In this document: piece after piece, positions 10,944-21,300 of the stretch
Layout of the letters: the number at the start of each line of letters is the position of its first letter
Numbering within the stretch: position 1 is the first letter of the stretch
Assembly: GCA_964608585.1 (NCBI GenBank)
Contig: CAZSOL010000002.1
Span: forward strand, 11-64,010
Reading direction: 5' to 3'
Source: an uncultured Candidatus Saccharibacteria bacterium
GTDB taxonomy: Bacteria > Patescibacteriota > Minisyncoccia > Phycocordibacterales > Zambryskibacteraceae
DNA length: 64,000 nt
The notes under the pieces: generated by a model
The model's input: only the letters and a program-made list of their open reading frames with translations
The model's database searches: none
Told to the model about the DNA's origin: nothing
Translations under genes and position numbers: made by a program

Positions 10944-12366
10944 TAAGTCTGGGGAATAAATTCTCTGGCTTTTTATTGGCTTTGGTTGCTTCTACTATCT
11001 TTTCTGCTATCTTTGGCATAAAAGGCTCAAGCAACTTTCCAATACGATATAGATTTAGGGACAAGTTCTTGATTATCTCCTTATCTTTTGTCTCCCAAGG
11101 TTTCTTCTCTTGGATTTCCCTATCAAGTTCAGCAATCTTATCCCATATATAATCTATAACTAAATCAAATCTATACTCCTCAATCTTTTCTTTAGGATAA
11201 CCATCAAACGCATAACCATATGTACTCCAATCTGTAGATTCATCCAAATTATCTTCAGCCATCTTCATCACCCTAGCAACCAGATTACCCAACCCATTTG
11301 CTAACCCAGCGTTATACCACTCATCAAGGCGCTCCCAAGTTACATCGGTGTCCTCTGTAGAGTGGACGTGTCTAAGTAGTAGGTACCTTGTAGCATCTGT
11401 GCCGTACTTCTCTACCAAGTCAAACGGACTTATAACGTTACCAAGAGACTTGCTCATCTTCTGTCCTCCCGAAGTGATGAAGCCATGGTAGAAGACTTGG
11501 TCTGTCGGCTTAACATCAGCAGACATGAGCATGGCTTGGAACATCAGAGACTGGAAGCGAACTTGGTCCTTGCCTGCCATTTGAAGAGTGTGCCCGTTTA
11601 TCCAAAACTTCTCAAAGCTCCCCTCTTCTTTGGGCCAACCCAGAGTAGATATGTAGTTGGTTAAGGCGTCAAACCACACATACATCACCTGAGTAGCGTC
11701 GTCTGGCACTGGTATACCCCAAGAGAGGCGAGACTTCTCTCTTGAGATACTGAAGTCCTCCAAGCCATCCTTAACAAAGTTGAGAGCCTCCTCTCTCCTC
11801 CAATTTGGAACTATAGAATCCCCTCTCTCTAAATATTTCAAAAGATCTGGCGCATACTTACTAAACCTAAAGAACCAGTTCTTCTCCTTCATTAGACGTG
11901 GTTCTGTGTCATGGATAACGCACTTGCCGTCTGCCATATCTCTCTCTGTCAGGTATCTCTCGCACCCAACACAATAGAGGCCCTCAAACTCCTTCTCATA
12001 AATATCCCCCTTATCCTTGCACCTCTTCCACATCACTTCCGCTGCCTTAACATGGTCTTCATCCGTAGTGCGGATAAACTTGTCGTAAGAAAGATTTAGA
12101 GATTTCTTCAGCTCCTCAAACTTACCGGCATATAAGTCCACATACTCCTTCACATCCTTGCCTGCCTTATCAGCTGCTTCAAATATCTTTTGCCCATGTT
12201 CGTCAGACCCAGTGTTGAAGAACACGTTATCACTCCCTAACTTCTCTCTAGAATACCTAGCAAAGGCATCTGCCTGAAGTATCTCCAAGGCAAAACCGAT
12301 GTGTGGGTCGGCATTAACATACGGTAGTGTCGTGGTTATGTATTGAGCTTTTTTCTGACTCATCAA
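10936..12366 (-). CDS. metG: methionyl-tRNA synthetase (short form lacking C-terminal tRNA-binding domain)
   Basis: Class I HIGH-region (PHIGF), KMSKS, CxxC...C zinc knuckle in CP insertion. Confidence 0.85.
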   Translation of the reverse strand: MMSQKKAQYITTTLPYVNADPHIGFALEILQADAFARYSREKLGSDNVFFNTGSDEHGQKIFEAADKAGKDVKEYVDLYAGKFEELKKSLNLSYDKFIRTTDEDHVKAAEVMWKRCKDKGDIYEKEFEGLYCVGCERYLTERDMADGKCVIHDTEPRLMKEKNWFFRFSKYAPDLLKYLERGDSIVPNWRREEALNFVKDGLEDFSISREKSRLSWGIPVPDDATQVMYVWFDALTNYISTLGWPKEEGSFEKFWINGHTLQMAGKDQVRFQSLMFQAMLMSADVKPTDQVFYHGFITSGGQKMSKSLGNVISPFDLVEKYGTDATRYLLLRHVHSTEDTDVTWERLDEWYNAGLANGLGNLVARVMKMAEDNLDESTDWSTYGYAFDGYPKEKIEEYRFDLVIDYIWDKIAELDREIQEKKPWETKDKEIIKNLSLNLYRIGKLLEPFMPKIAEKIVEATKANKKPENLFPRLNA

Positions 12367-12376
12367 CTTTTGTTAT

Positions 12377-13375
12377 CTACTCGTCTATAGAAACCTTGAC
12401 CTTATCCTTCTCCAAATCAGAGATAAACTCAATGAAGATAGCTGCTAGTGGAACGGAGATGATCATTCCAAGAAAGCCGGCAAGTTTAGCTCCGATAAGT
12501 AGAGCTAGGATAGAAACCATTGGAGGCACTCCTATAACCTTCTTTACCACGAGAGGATATATAAGCTGGTTCTCAAATTGCTGAATGATAACGAAGAGAC
12601 CTGCGACAAGTAGGGCTAACGACATGCCATCGTGTCCAAAAGCGATGATGACAGCAGGGATAGCAGCAAGTATCGGACCGAACAAGGGGATAATCTCAAA
12701 GAGACCTGCCCCCACCGCCAAGAGGAGTGCATTGGGGATACCTATAAGCAAGAGTCCAAGGTAAGTTAGCACAGCGATGATAACCGACATCAACAACTGC
12801 CCTTGCATCCAAAAGCCAATCTTCTGTCTAGAACGGTTCCAAAGATCCAAGATGTACTTCTCCCTCTTAATAGGAGTAACTATACGAAGGAACTTCCCAA
12901 CTCCATCCTCCTGCACAGCTAGGTAGAAAGAAAGAATGACGATAAGTATAAAACTCGTGATGCCTCCGAAGAGAAGTGAGGCTGAAGAAACAACTCCTTG
13001 AGAGAAGGATAGGAGCATGGTATTTATCTGCTCACTAATATTGGCTATGTCAAAGGAAGAACCCAGAGAGCCTGCAGAAAGCGAGTTCGTATAACCAGAG
13101 ATATTAGATATAAATCCTGATACCTCGCCCAAAAGTGGCAAGAACAAGAAGTAGAAGAGTCCCGCAAAGAGGATAGCCGATACTATGTACACTCCTAGGA
13201 TGGTCGGTAGCCTTGGGACACCTCTCTTCTTCGCCCACGAAGCGGCTGGCTCCACGGCACTAGCTATAACAATAGAAGCAAGGATTACCAAGAAGACATC
13301 CCTTATCATATAAGCAGCGAAGGCTAGAGCCACCACCACCACGCCCCGTATCCAACTACCAGTAGAAATTGTCAT
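12377..13375 (-). CDS. AI-2E family transporter (PerM/YhhT-like permease)
   Basis: Multiple TM helices with AI-2E family pattern. Confidence 0.7.
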   Translation of the reverse strand: MTISTGSWIRGVVVVALAFAAYMIRDVFLVILASIVIASAVEPAASWAKKRGVPRLPTILGVYIVSAILFAGLFYFLFLPLLGEVSGFISNISGYTNSLSAGSLGSSFDIANISEQINTMLLSFSQGVVSSASLLFGGITSFILIVILSFYLAVQEDGVGKFLRIVTPIKREKYILDLWNRSRQKIGFWMQGQLLMSVIIAVLTYLGLLLIGIPNALLLAVGAGLFEIIPLFGPILAAIPAVIIAFGHDGMSLALLVAGLFVIIQQFENQLIYPLVVKKVIGVPPMVSILALLIGAKLAGFLGMIISVPLAAIFIEFISDLEKDKVKVSIDE

Positions 13376-13382
13376 AAGACCA

Positions 13383-14648
13383 TCATAACACCAAGAGTTT
13401 CTTCAGGCGAGACTTGTCCTTGAATGCTCCCACAATAGCCAGATTCATACTGTTCTTAGTAAGAAACTTGTTTGCAACTCTGAGCAAATCCTTGGCAGTT
13501 ATGGATCTGATGTCTCTCTCTAGATCCTTAGGGTTCTTCATCTTTCCACGGAGAACTTCTTGCTCTAAATAATACTCAGCCAAGGCGTCTGAGGTCTCAA
13601 GCCTCATATACATCCCACCAATTAGTAGATCTTTTGTCTTCTTTAGCTCCTTCTCATCGACGAGTTCTTCCTTCAGCTTCTTACACTCATGAACCAATGC
13701 CTTGACCACCTCCTCCACCCTGTTCTTGTCTACTCCGGTAGATATGGTTAAGTAGCTATGGTCGGTGTAATCACACATCTCACTTCTTACGTAGTAGCAG
13801 ACTCCCATCTCCTCTCTAAGCTTCTGGAAGAGTCTTGAGGACATGCCCTTACCAAGCACTCCAACAAGCAAGCCTAGAGCCAAGCGCTCCTTCTCCGCTC
13901 CTAGCTTCGTCTTGAAGCCAAGTATCATATGAGTCTGGTCTGTGTCCTTCTCAAAAACTTTTATCTTTGGCTCACTTTGCACGGAGGAAACTTTGTCCTT
14001 ACCAAGCTTCTTACCAGTGCGAATATCTTTAAAATACTTCTTAACACCACTCAATACCTGACTCTCTCTAATGTCTCCAGAAACTATAATGATAGTCTTG
14101 CCTGCTACATAGTGCTTAGCTCTGTAGACTTCAAAGTCCTCTTTCTTGAAGGTCTTTATATTCTTCGCAGGACCAAGTATCGTCCTACCTGCTGGAGTGT
14201 CACCATACATAAGCTCGGCAAAGACATTCCACACCTTCCTCTGTGGGAGATCCTCATACATAGAGATCTCTTGAAGTATTACTCCTCTCTCCTTTTCTAA
14301 CTCTTCTTTCGGAAGAGTGGGATTTAGATATATATCAGAAACTATCTCCAAAAGTTTAGGGAAGTGCTTCTTCTCCGCTTTAGCCCAGTAAGCAGTCATC
14401 TCGTTACTGGTAAAAGCGTTTGACTCTGCCCCCAAACCATCAAGCTCTTTAGAGATATCCATAGAAGTTGGACGCTTCAAAGTTCCTTTAAAGACCATGT
14501 GTTCCAAGAAGTGCGAGAGTCCGTTCTCCCCCTTCTCCTCATAGTTAGACCCCGTTTCAACCAAAGCCATTACTGTCACCGCAGGACTCTTGGCAGGTAT
14601 ATGAATAATCCTTAACCCGTTAGGGAGTGTAATCTTTTTGTGCTTCAT
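13383..14648 (-). CDS. M16-family zinc peptidase (pitrilysin-like)
   Basis: Inverted zinc motif HFLEH and downstream E in N-terminal domain. Confidence 0.85.
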   Translation of the reverse strand: MKHKKITLPNGLRIIHIPAKSPAVTVMALVETGSNYEEKGENGLSHFLEHMVFKGTLKRPTSMDISKELDGLGAESNAFTSNEMTAYWAKAEKKHFPKLLEIVSDIYLNPTLPKEELEKERGVILQEISMYEDLPQRKVWNVFAELMYGDTPAGRTILGPAKNIKTFKKEDFEVYRAKHYVAGKTIIIVSGDIRESQVLSGVKKYFKDIRTGKKLGKDKVSSVQSEPKIKVFEKDTDQTHMILGFKTKLGAEKERLALGLLVGVLGKGMSSRLFQKLREEMGVCYYVRSEMCDYTDHSYLTISTGVDKNRVEEVVKALVHECKKLKEELVDEKELKKTKDLLIGGMYMRLETSDALAEYYLEQEVLRGKMKNPKDLERDIRSITAKDLLRVANKFLTKNSMNLAIVGAFKDKSRLKKLLVL

Positions 14649-14665
14649 AGAGGCTTAAGAGTACC

Positions 14666-15868
14666 TTAGGCTAGAGCTTCTTTCAAATCTTCTATCTTTA
14701 TCCTCTTTTGCTCTCCGGTATCTCTGTCTCGGACTGTTACAGTGCCCTCTAGCTCCTTCGTCTCGCCCAAAGTATCAAAGTCTACGGTAATGCAGTATGG
14801 GGTACCCACCTCATCTTGTCTTCTGTATCTCTTGCCAATGTTGCCGTTGTCATCAAACTCAATGTTGCCAAACTCGCTCTTAAGCATCTTGTATACCTCT
14901 CTCGCCTTATCTACCAACTCTTTTTTGTTCTTAAGAAGTGGGAAGACGGCTGCACGGATGGGTGCGATGTCTTTTGGCAACTTCAAGTACACTCTCTCCT
15001 CTCCGCCAAGCTTATCCTCTGTATAAGCCGAGACGAGAGTGGCCAAGATGGTCCTATCTACTCCAAGTGACGGCTCTATGACGTGAGGGATGAATCTGTC
15101 TCCACTCTCCTCGTCAAAGTACTCTAGTGCTTGACCAGAAGATGTTGAGTGCTGGCGAAGGTCGTAGTCTGTCCTATAAGCTAACCCCCAAAGTTCTTTG
15201 CGACCAAATGGGTACTCAAACTCAAAGTCTATAGTCTTCTTTGAGTAATGTGCTCGGTCTTTATCCTCCACATCAAGCTCATGAACTTCGTCTATGCCAA
15301 CTTTCTTCGCAAAGTCGTGCATTGCCTGCCTCCACATCTCAAAGCTCTTCTCCCACTCACCCTCCTTCACAAAGTACTCAACCTCCATCTGCTCGAACTC
15401 GCGCTGACGAAAGATAAAATCTCTAGGTGAGATCTCGTTTCTAAACGCCTTACCCACTTGAGCGATACCAAAGGGTAGCTTGGGGTGGAAGGAGTCCACC
15501 ACGTTCTTGAAGTTTACAAATATACCCTGCGCAGTCTCTGGGCGAAGATAAGAAGTTGTCGCCTCCTCACCCGCACCCACAGAGGTCTTAAACATTACGT
15601 TGAACTGCTCACCATTCTCCATTGGGTCTGCAAAGCCTGCGACATGGCCCGAGGCTTCCCAAACTTTTGGGTTCATTATGATAGCTGCGTCCAGACCATA
15701 GACATCCTCTCTCTCATCGCGAAACATCTTAAGCCAGAGTTTCTTCACGTTCTCTTTAAGCAAAACACCTAATGGGCCATAATCCCAAGTACCAGCCAGA
15801 CCCCCATAGATCTCAGAGCCTTGGTAGATGAAGCCCCTCCTCTTCGCTAGTGATATCAGTTTGTCCAT
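14666..15868 (-). CDS. glyQS: glycyl-tRNA synthetase (dimeric GlyQS type)
   Basis: N-terminal LAKRRGFIYQGSEIYGGLAGTWDYGPLG typical of GlyRS class II. Confidence 0.85.
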   Translation of the reverse strand: MDKLISLAKRRGFIYQGSEIYGGLAGTWDYGPLGVLLKENVKKLWLKMFRDEREDVYGLDAAIIMNPKVWEASGHVAGFADPMENGEQFNVMFKTSVGAGEEATTSYLRPETAQGIFVNFKNVVDSFHPKLPFGIAQVGKAFRNEISPRDFIFRQREFEQMEVEYFVKEGEWEKSFEMWRQAMHDFAKKVGIDEVHELDVEDKDRAHYSKKTIDFEFEYPFGRKELWGLAYRTDYDLRQHSTSSGQALEYFDEESGDRFIPHVIEPSLGVDRTILATLVSAYTEDKLGGEERVYLKLPKDIAPIRAAVFPLLKNKKELVDKAREVYKMLKSEFGNIEFDDNGNIGKRYRRQDEVGTPYCITVDFDTLGETKELEGTVTVRDRDTGEQKRIKIEDLKEALA

Positions 15869-15878
15869 AATTACTCGC

Positions 15879-17810
15879 CTACTTTACAACAATTTCGTCT
15901 CCTTGGACATACTGAGGATCGGTTGAAATCATAGTGGTTACAGCTGGATGACTTACTCTAATAGGGCTGTTGGTAAAGGAGTCAACACCAGTAAGGACAA
16001 TATTGCCAAACAAAACTGGTACTCCTCCAACTTGCCCCAAAGAAGGGATGAGAGACACCCTAAAGCTCATCTCCCTGCTTGATGAGGTGAAGCCAGTGCC
16101 AGATGGCAACTTGTCTAAGTTCCACGTCATAGTACGGGTAGATTCGTTATAAGAAACTCTGGGGTTACTTGGTGGAGAGATGTCTTCGGCCCACTGCACA
16201 TTGGCACCAAGTTGACCGGTAATGACAACATCTTCTATGTCATTCCTTGTATTGGATGTGGTTAGAGTGATGGTGTAGGTGGTCTCTTCTTCGGCTTTTG
16301 GTGGGATACTTCCACGGTTTACAAACGGACCGATAGAATACAAAGACTTAGCGCTAAGAGAGACCTCTGAAGCAATCTTGACCAACCTCGTCTCACTAAC
16401 CTTAAGTGTGCCAGAGGTTCCTTGAGCTCTACCAGTTAGTGATACCGTTAGCTCTATCTCTTGGTTAGACGAGCCTAAAGGCAAGCTCTGAAGAGAGGCG
16501 AACTCAAAGGATACTGTGCTTGTGTCACCAGGAGCTAGAGCTCTTAAGTCCTGAGAGTTTGACTCATCCCAAACTATTGAGTTGGTCGTTGAGTTGTAGA
16601 AGCCGCCTGATCTTGGTCTTACAGAGAGCTTGTCTAAGGGGGCCCCAGTAATCCTTACTTCAAGAACTGGGTTGGACAAACTTTCTAACAAATTGTTCTT
16701 GATGGTGATGGTACCCTGGACTTGCTTCCCCACAGGAGCAACATACTCATCAGAAATCTCGTTGTTGAGTCTTATACTCAAGTCTATAGACGGCCTCTCA
16801 ATGGATACACTCATAACTTGTGAAGCAAGCAATGTATCTATGGACTCATTATCTCCTTCTCCAGAACCGACAAAGAAACGGAAAGTTCTCTCCTCCTCGT
16901 TCTCTCCAATAAGAGAGCCTCTAAGAGAGACAGTCTTCTTGGTCCCAGGAGCCAAGTCTCCAAGAAGCCAAAGTCTCTTATCCTTATCGCTAGATACTGG
17001 GGTGGATGTCCTAAGAGAGAAGCCGTATGGATACTCTGCACGAAGGATGACATTCTTAAGCAACTCAGATGAGTTGGCTACGATTGTTGCTGTGGTTACA
17101 AACTCCTCTCCAGAGCCAACTCTGTCTGGACGAGATAGTGTGACAGTAACAGGAGCGGAACCTATAGTGAGAGATGAGGACTTCTCTTTGGTGAAGGTAG
17201 CATTTGAGCCCTTGACTCTATAATCCACCAAGACCCTTATCTCCTTAATCTCACCCTCCTTACCTAAGAATATGGCTTGGATGTTCTTGGTTATCTTATC
17301 TCCAGGAAGCAGGTCTTCTAGGGCTTCCTCTACATCACCAAGCTCTATGGTTTGGTTGTCTACACTCCTCGTCCCACTTGGATACAAGATGTCCAAGTTG
17401 ACATTATCAAGCGTTGCATTGTTTTTGTTTGTGATAGTGATAGCAAGCTCTACGACACTCCCTGCCGAGATGCTTACAGGACCATCAATGCTTATTTCCA
17501 AATTCTTACTTGAGATGAAGTTGTCTCCGTTGAAGTATATAAGTGAGGCAGCTATAGCGGCACAAATAGCAAATAGTATAGAGACGAAAAAAATTCTCTT
17601 TATAATAGGATGATGTTCTGCGTACTGACGAGGAGAGGCTAGCATTTCGTCTATATCTCCAGACTGCCAATCCGAAGGAACTGGTTTGGACTCCACCTCG
17701 CTTATCGGCTCACGCATATCCTCTGGAGGACGGTACTTCGTCCTAGAGTATAAGCGATCATTCATCCTATCAAGCTGACTCCTAGATCTGTTGTCTCTAT
17801 TGTTGGGCAT
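15879..17810 (-). CDS. hypothetical membrane-anchored protein with large extracellular beta-rich domain
   Basis: Cytoplasmic N-terminus, single TM helix near aa 75-95, long S/T/N-rich repeat-like ectodomain. Confidence 0.5.
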   Translation of the reverse strand: MPNNRDNRSRSQLDRMNDRLYSRTKYRPPEDMREPISEVESKPVPSDWQSGDIDEMLASPRQYAEHHPIIKRIFFVSILFAICAAIAASLIYFNGDNFISSKNLEISIDGPVSISAGSVVELAITITNKNNATLDNVNLDILYPSGTRSVDNQTIELGDVEEALEDLLPGDKITKNIQAIFLGKEGEIKEIRVLVDYRVKGSNATFTKEKSSSLTIGSAPVTVTLSRPDRVGSGEEFVTTATIVANSSELLKNVILRAEYPYGFSLRTSTPVSSDKDKRLWLLGDLAPGTKKTVSLRGSLIGENEEERTFRFFVGSGEGDNESIDTLLASQVMSVSIERPSIDLSIRLNNEISDEYVAPVGKQVQGTITIKNNLLESLSNPVLEVRITGAPLDKLSVRPRSGGFYNSTTNSIVWDESNSQDLRALAPGDTSTVSFEFASLQSLPLGSSNQEIELTVSLTGRAQGTSGTLKVSETRLVKIASEVSLSAKSLYSIGPFVNRGSIPPKAEEETTYTITLTTSNTRNDIEDVVITGQLGANVQWAEDISPPSNPRVSYNESTRTMTWNLDKLPSGTGFTSSSREMSFRVSLIPSLGQVGGVPVLFGNIVLTGVDSFTNSPIRVSHPAVTTMISTDPQYVQGDEIVVK

Positions 17811-17828
17811 AATTTATACAATTATACA

Positions 17829-18392
17829 TTAGTCGAGACCACTAGCTCGTATACCATCGTTTACAAAGACCAAGAACTTCTTCCTGTCTGACCTAACCTC
17901 AAGTATCCCCTTCGGCACAGCTTCCTTAGATAAATAACCCAAGTGTGACAGCAAGCTCGCTACTGTCATAAGCTCCCAGTCTGCCAAACTAGACTCATCA
18001 AAGTCTGGCTTACTCAAAGCCTCCAAAGACTTCTTAAATTCTAGAAAGAGGTCTGTATTTTTGTCCTCGCCTCTTACTAACCGCAAAATAAGACTGGTAA
18101 TCCTGTAGATAGAGAGTAGACTCTCTCTCCTCTCTCTAAGAGTTGGTACTACTTCAATAAGCAAGGAGACAGTGGTCATGCGCCAACTCCTCTTACCTCT
18201 TACCAAAGAGACCTTAACGATGCTTAAATCTCCTAGAGCGGGAGCAGTTCTTGACCCCATCTTCCTCACTCCGCGAGCTGTGGCATAAACAAGACCCAGA
18301 TCTTCTGTAAGTATGGCCAAGGTTTTATCTGCCTCTTTGGAAGAGTGACTCCTTAGCACTATACCTATTGTGGTATAGATGTGGTGAGACAT
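17829..18392 (-). CDS. recO: DNA repair protein RecO (short form)
   Basis: ATARGVRKMGSR and ASLLSHLGY motifs align with RecO; follows ileS with overlapping stop/start. Confidence 0.65.
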   Translation of the reverse strand: MSHHIYTTIGIVLRSHSSKEADKTLAILTEDLGLVYATARGVRKMGSRTAPALGDLSIVKVSLVRGKRSWRMTTVSLLIEVVPTLRERRESLLSIYRITSLILRLVRGEDKNTDLFLEFKKSLEALSKPDFDESSLADWELMTVASLLSHLGYLSKEAVPKGILEVRSDRKKFLVFVNDGIRASGLD

Positions 18393-21300
18393 TAGTCTAT
18401 AAGTAACTTGGTATTGGTAGCCCGCTCAATAGCCTCTCTGTGCTTCTTGTACAGATCCTTGTCTTCCTCTGGAGCAAACTCCATCTGGTCTGTTGGCTTC
18501 AAGTTCTTCTCCTTCCTTGTTTCTTGGATATTGCGGATTATCTCTCGCACCTTCCCCTCTTCTATAAGCTCTGGGGTGAGAGTCGTGTCTAGATAAATCT
18601 CTTGTTCCAAATTTTCCTTTATCTCTACCTCCTTAACGTTCACCTCATCTTTTATAAGTTCCAGATAGCCAGCTTCAAGCTTCTTGCTTTTGGCTTCTAG
18701 TTTTTGGAGTGGTTGGCGAATCTTGATATTGGCTCTGGAACGAGCTTCCAAAGCAAGCGAGACGATGCCCCTCACGTTGTCCATGTCTTCTATAATATCT
18801 TTAGATTTGTTACCAAATAGAGAGAATCTCTTCTTCATCTCTGGCCAAGCTTCAAGATGCACACTCTCTACATCACTCTCAATCCTCAACTTCTGATACA
18901 ACTCCTCTGCGGCAAAAGGGGCAAATGGTGCTAGAAGTTTGGAGAGAGACTTCAATACATAATAAAGAGTCTGCTTCGCTTCCTTGTCTTCTTGCTTTAG
19001 CCTATCTCTAGAACGACGGACATACCAAGTAGAGAGATCCTCTATAAAGTCACGTACATTTCTTACCGGCTCTAAGAGCTTATAATCTTCTATATATTTA
19101 GTATTCTCCTCAATCAAATTTCTCAACTTTTCTAATATCCAGACATCAAGAATGTTCTTTGATTCTGGTTGCTTATTGTTTTCCAAACTCTTGTCTCTAT
19201 ACAAATCATAGAAGGTGTAGACGTTGTCTATAAGGTTAAAGACTCTCTTGTTTATCTCCTCCACACTCTTCTCATCAAAGTTCTTGGGCTCACCAGGTTG
19301 GTTGACCGAGTACATCCAAAGACGCAATACGTCCACACCATACTTCTCTATCGCAGAGAAGGGCTCAACAATGTTGCCTACCGACTTACTCATCTTCTTG
19401 CCCTCCTTATCCATTATGAGCCCTAGACAAATTACATTTTTGTAGGCTAGACCTTTGCCCAAAATAGCTCCAACTGCATGCATGGTGTAGAACCATCCAC
19501 GGGTTTGGTCTAGACCTTCGGAGATAAAGTCTGCTGGGTAGCTGGTGCCAGAGGCTACCGGCACAGCCCCAGAGTCGAGCCATACATCCATCACCTCCTT
19601 GGTACGCTTGTACTCCTTGCCATCCTTAACTAGCACTATGTCATCTATATATGGCTTGTGTAGATCTAGCTGATAATCCGAGTTGTGAGGCAAGGGTACA
19701 AAAGGTAGGTCTCTTACTTCAGCATTCTGAAACCTTTTAAACTCTTTGATAAATATGTGAGTCTTCGGCACATGGTACTCCTTGTGTCTTGGGTCATAGT
19801 AGCCAGACACGACAAAAGAGAGCCATGCAGGTCCGCCATGAGTTACTATCAAAATGTTTTTGCCCTTATACTTCTCCTCAATTTCGTACAAGCACTCTCC
19901 CACTCTTCTGCCCACCTCTCTTAGAGACTCACCACCACCTATAACCTCCTCATACCAATTGGGTCCAACGTTATATACGTGGTTGTGATACTCCTCCCAA
20001 TTCTTACCGTCATAACTTCCTGGATTTATCTCCCGCAATCTCTCGTCAAAAATAATGTCGGACTCATTGAAACCTATTTCTCTCGCAACTATCTGTGCAG
20101 TCTCTTTTGTACGAGCAAAGGGGGATGAAATTATTAAATCTATTTTTTTATCCTCCAGAGTTTTAGCATTCTTCTTAACTTGGGCTCTACCTTCTTCGGT
20201 TAGGTGATCATTGGCTTCGTTCTTATAACTAACAAGATCTTGCTTGTTACACTCTGAGCCACCATGACGCATCACAAAATACTTGTTGCCACTCTTCTTC
20301 GTATACTCTCTTATGGTATCAACCGAATCAATGACCAGTTTCTCCCCATCTTGAGACAGCCATACAGGCAGAGGCGTGCCCCAGTAGCGCTCACGCGATA
20401 TAGCCCAGTCCTTAACCTCTCTTAGCCACTCACCGAAGCGCCCATTCTTGATGTAACTTGGCTCCCAGTTTATCTTCTCGTTCTCCTTCATTAGCTCGCT
20501 ACGGAGCTCCGACATCCTTATATACCAAGAGTCACGTGCATAGTATATGAGACGAGTCTTACACCTCCAGCAGAAGGGATAGGAGTGAGTATAGTTCTCC
20601 TTCTTATACAAAAGTCCTCTGCTCTGGAGATCCTTCAAAACATCTACAGCCAAGCTCTCGTCTGTCACACTTCTACCTTCTAACCAATCAGTACCTTTTA
20701 TAAAAGTCCCATCTGGAGAAACCATGTGTTGCTTGGGCAAACCAATCTTACTACCCAAGTCAAAGTCCTCCTGACCATACATCACAGCAGTGTGCACAAT
20801 ACCTGTGCCATCTTCTGTCGTAACGAAGGGTGCTGTATAAACTCTGAAGGTTTTGTCTGTCGGCTTTATAAAGTTATAAAGTGGCTCATACTCCATACCC
20901 ACCATCTCACTACCTTTGTGCTCGGCGATTATTTCGTACTCTTCTGTAAGAACCGAGAGTCTCTCCTTAGCCAAGACGAGTATCTCCTCACCAACTTTAG
21001 CCTCTACATAAGTTATATCCTCTCCGACAGCCAGAGCTAGGTTGCCAGGGAGAGTCCATGGAGTTGTCGTCCACGCGACGAAGTATGCTTTGTCAAAACC
21101 AACAATCTTGAACTTCGCATAAAGCGACAAATCCTTTACATCTGTATAGCCTTGCGCCAACTCATGAGAGGAGAGCCCTGTACCACACCTTGGGCACCAA
21201 GGTACGACCTTGTAGTCCTTGTACAAGAGCTTCTTCTTATCGGCTTCGGCAACAACGTTCCAAACCGACTCTATATATGAGTTCTTGTATGTGATATATG

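Noticed and set aside
16630-17613. Plus-strand ORFs 16630..17223 and 17272..17613
   Set aside because: Antisense within the 643-aa minus-strand gene that is operonic with recO/glyQS.
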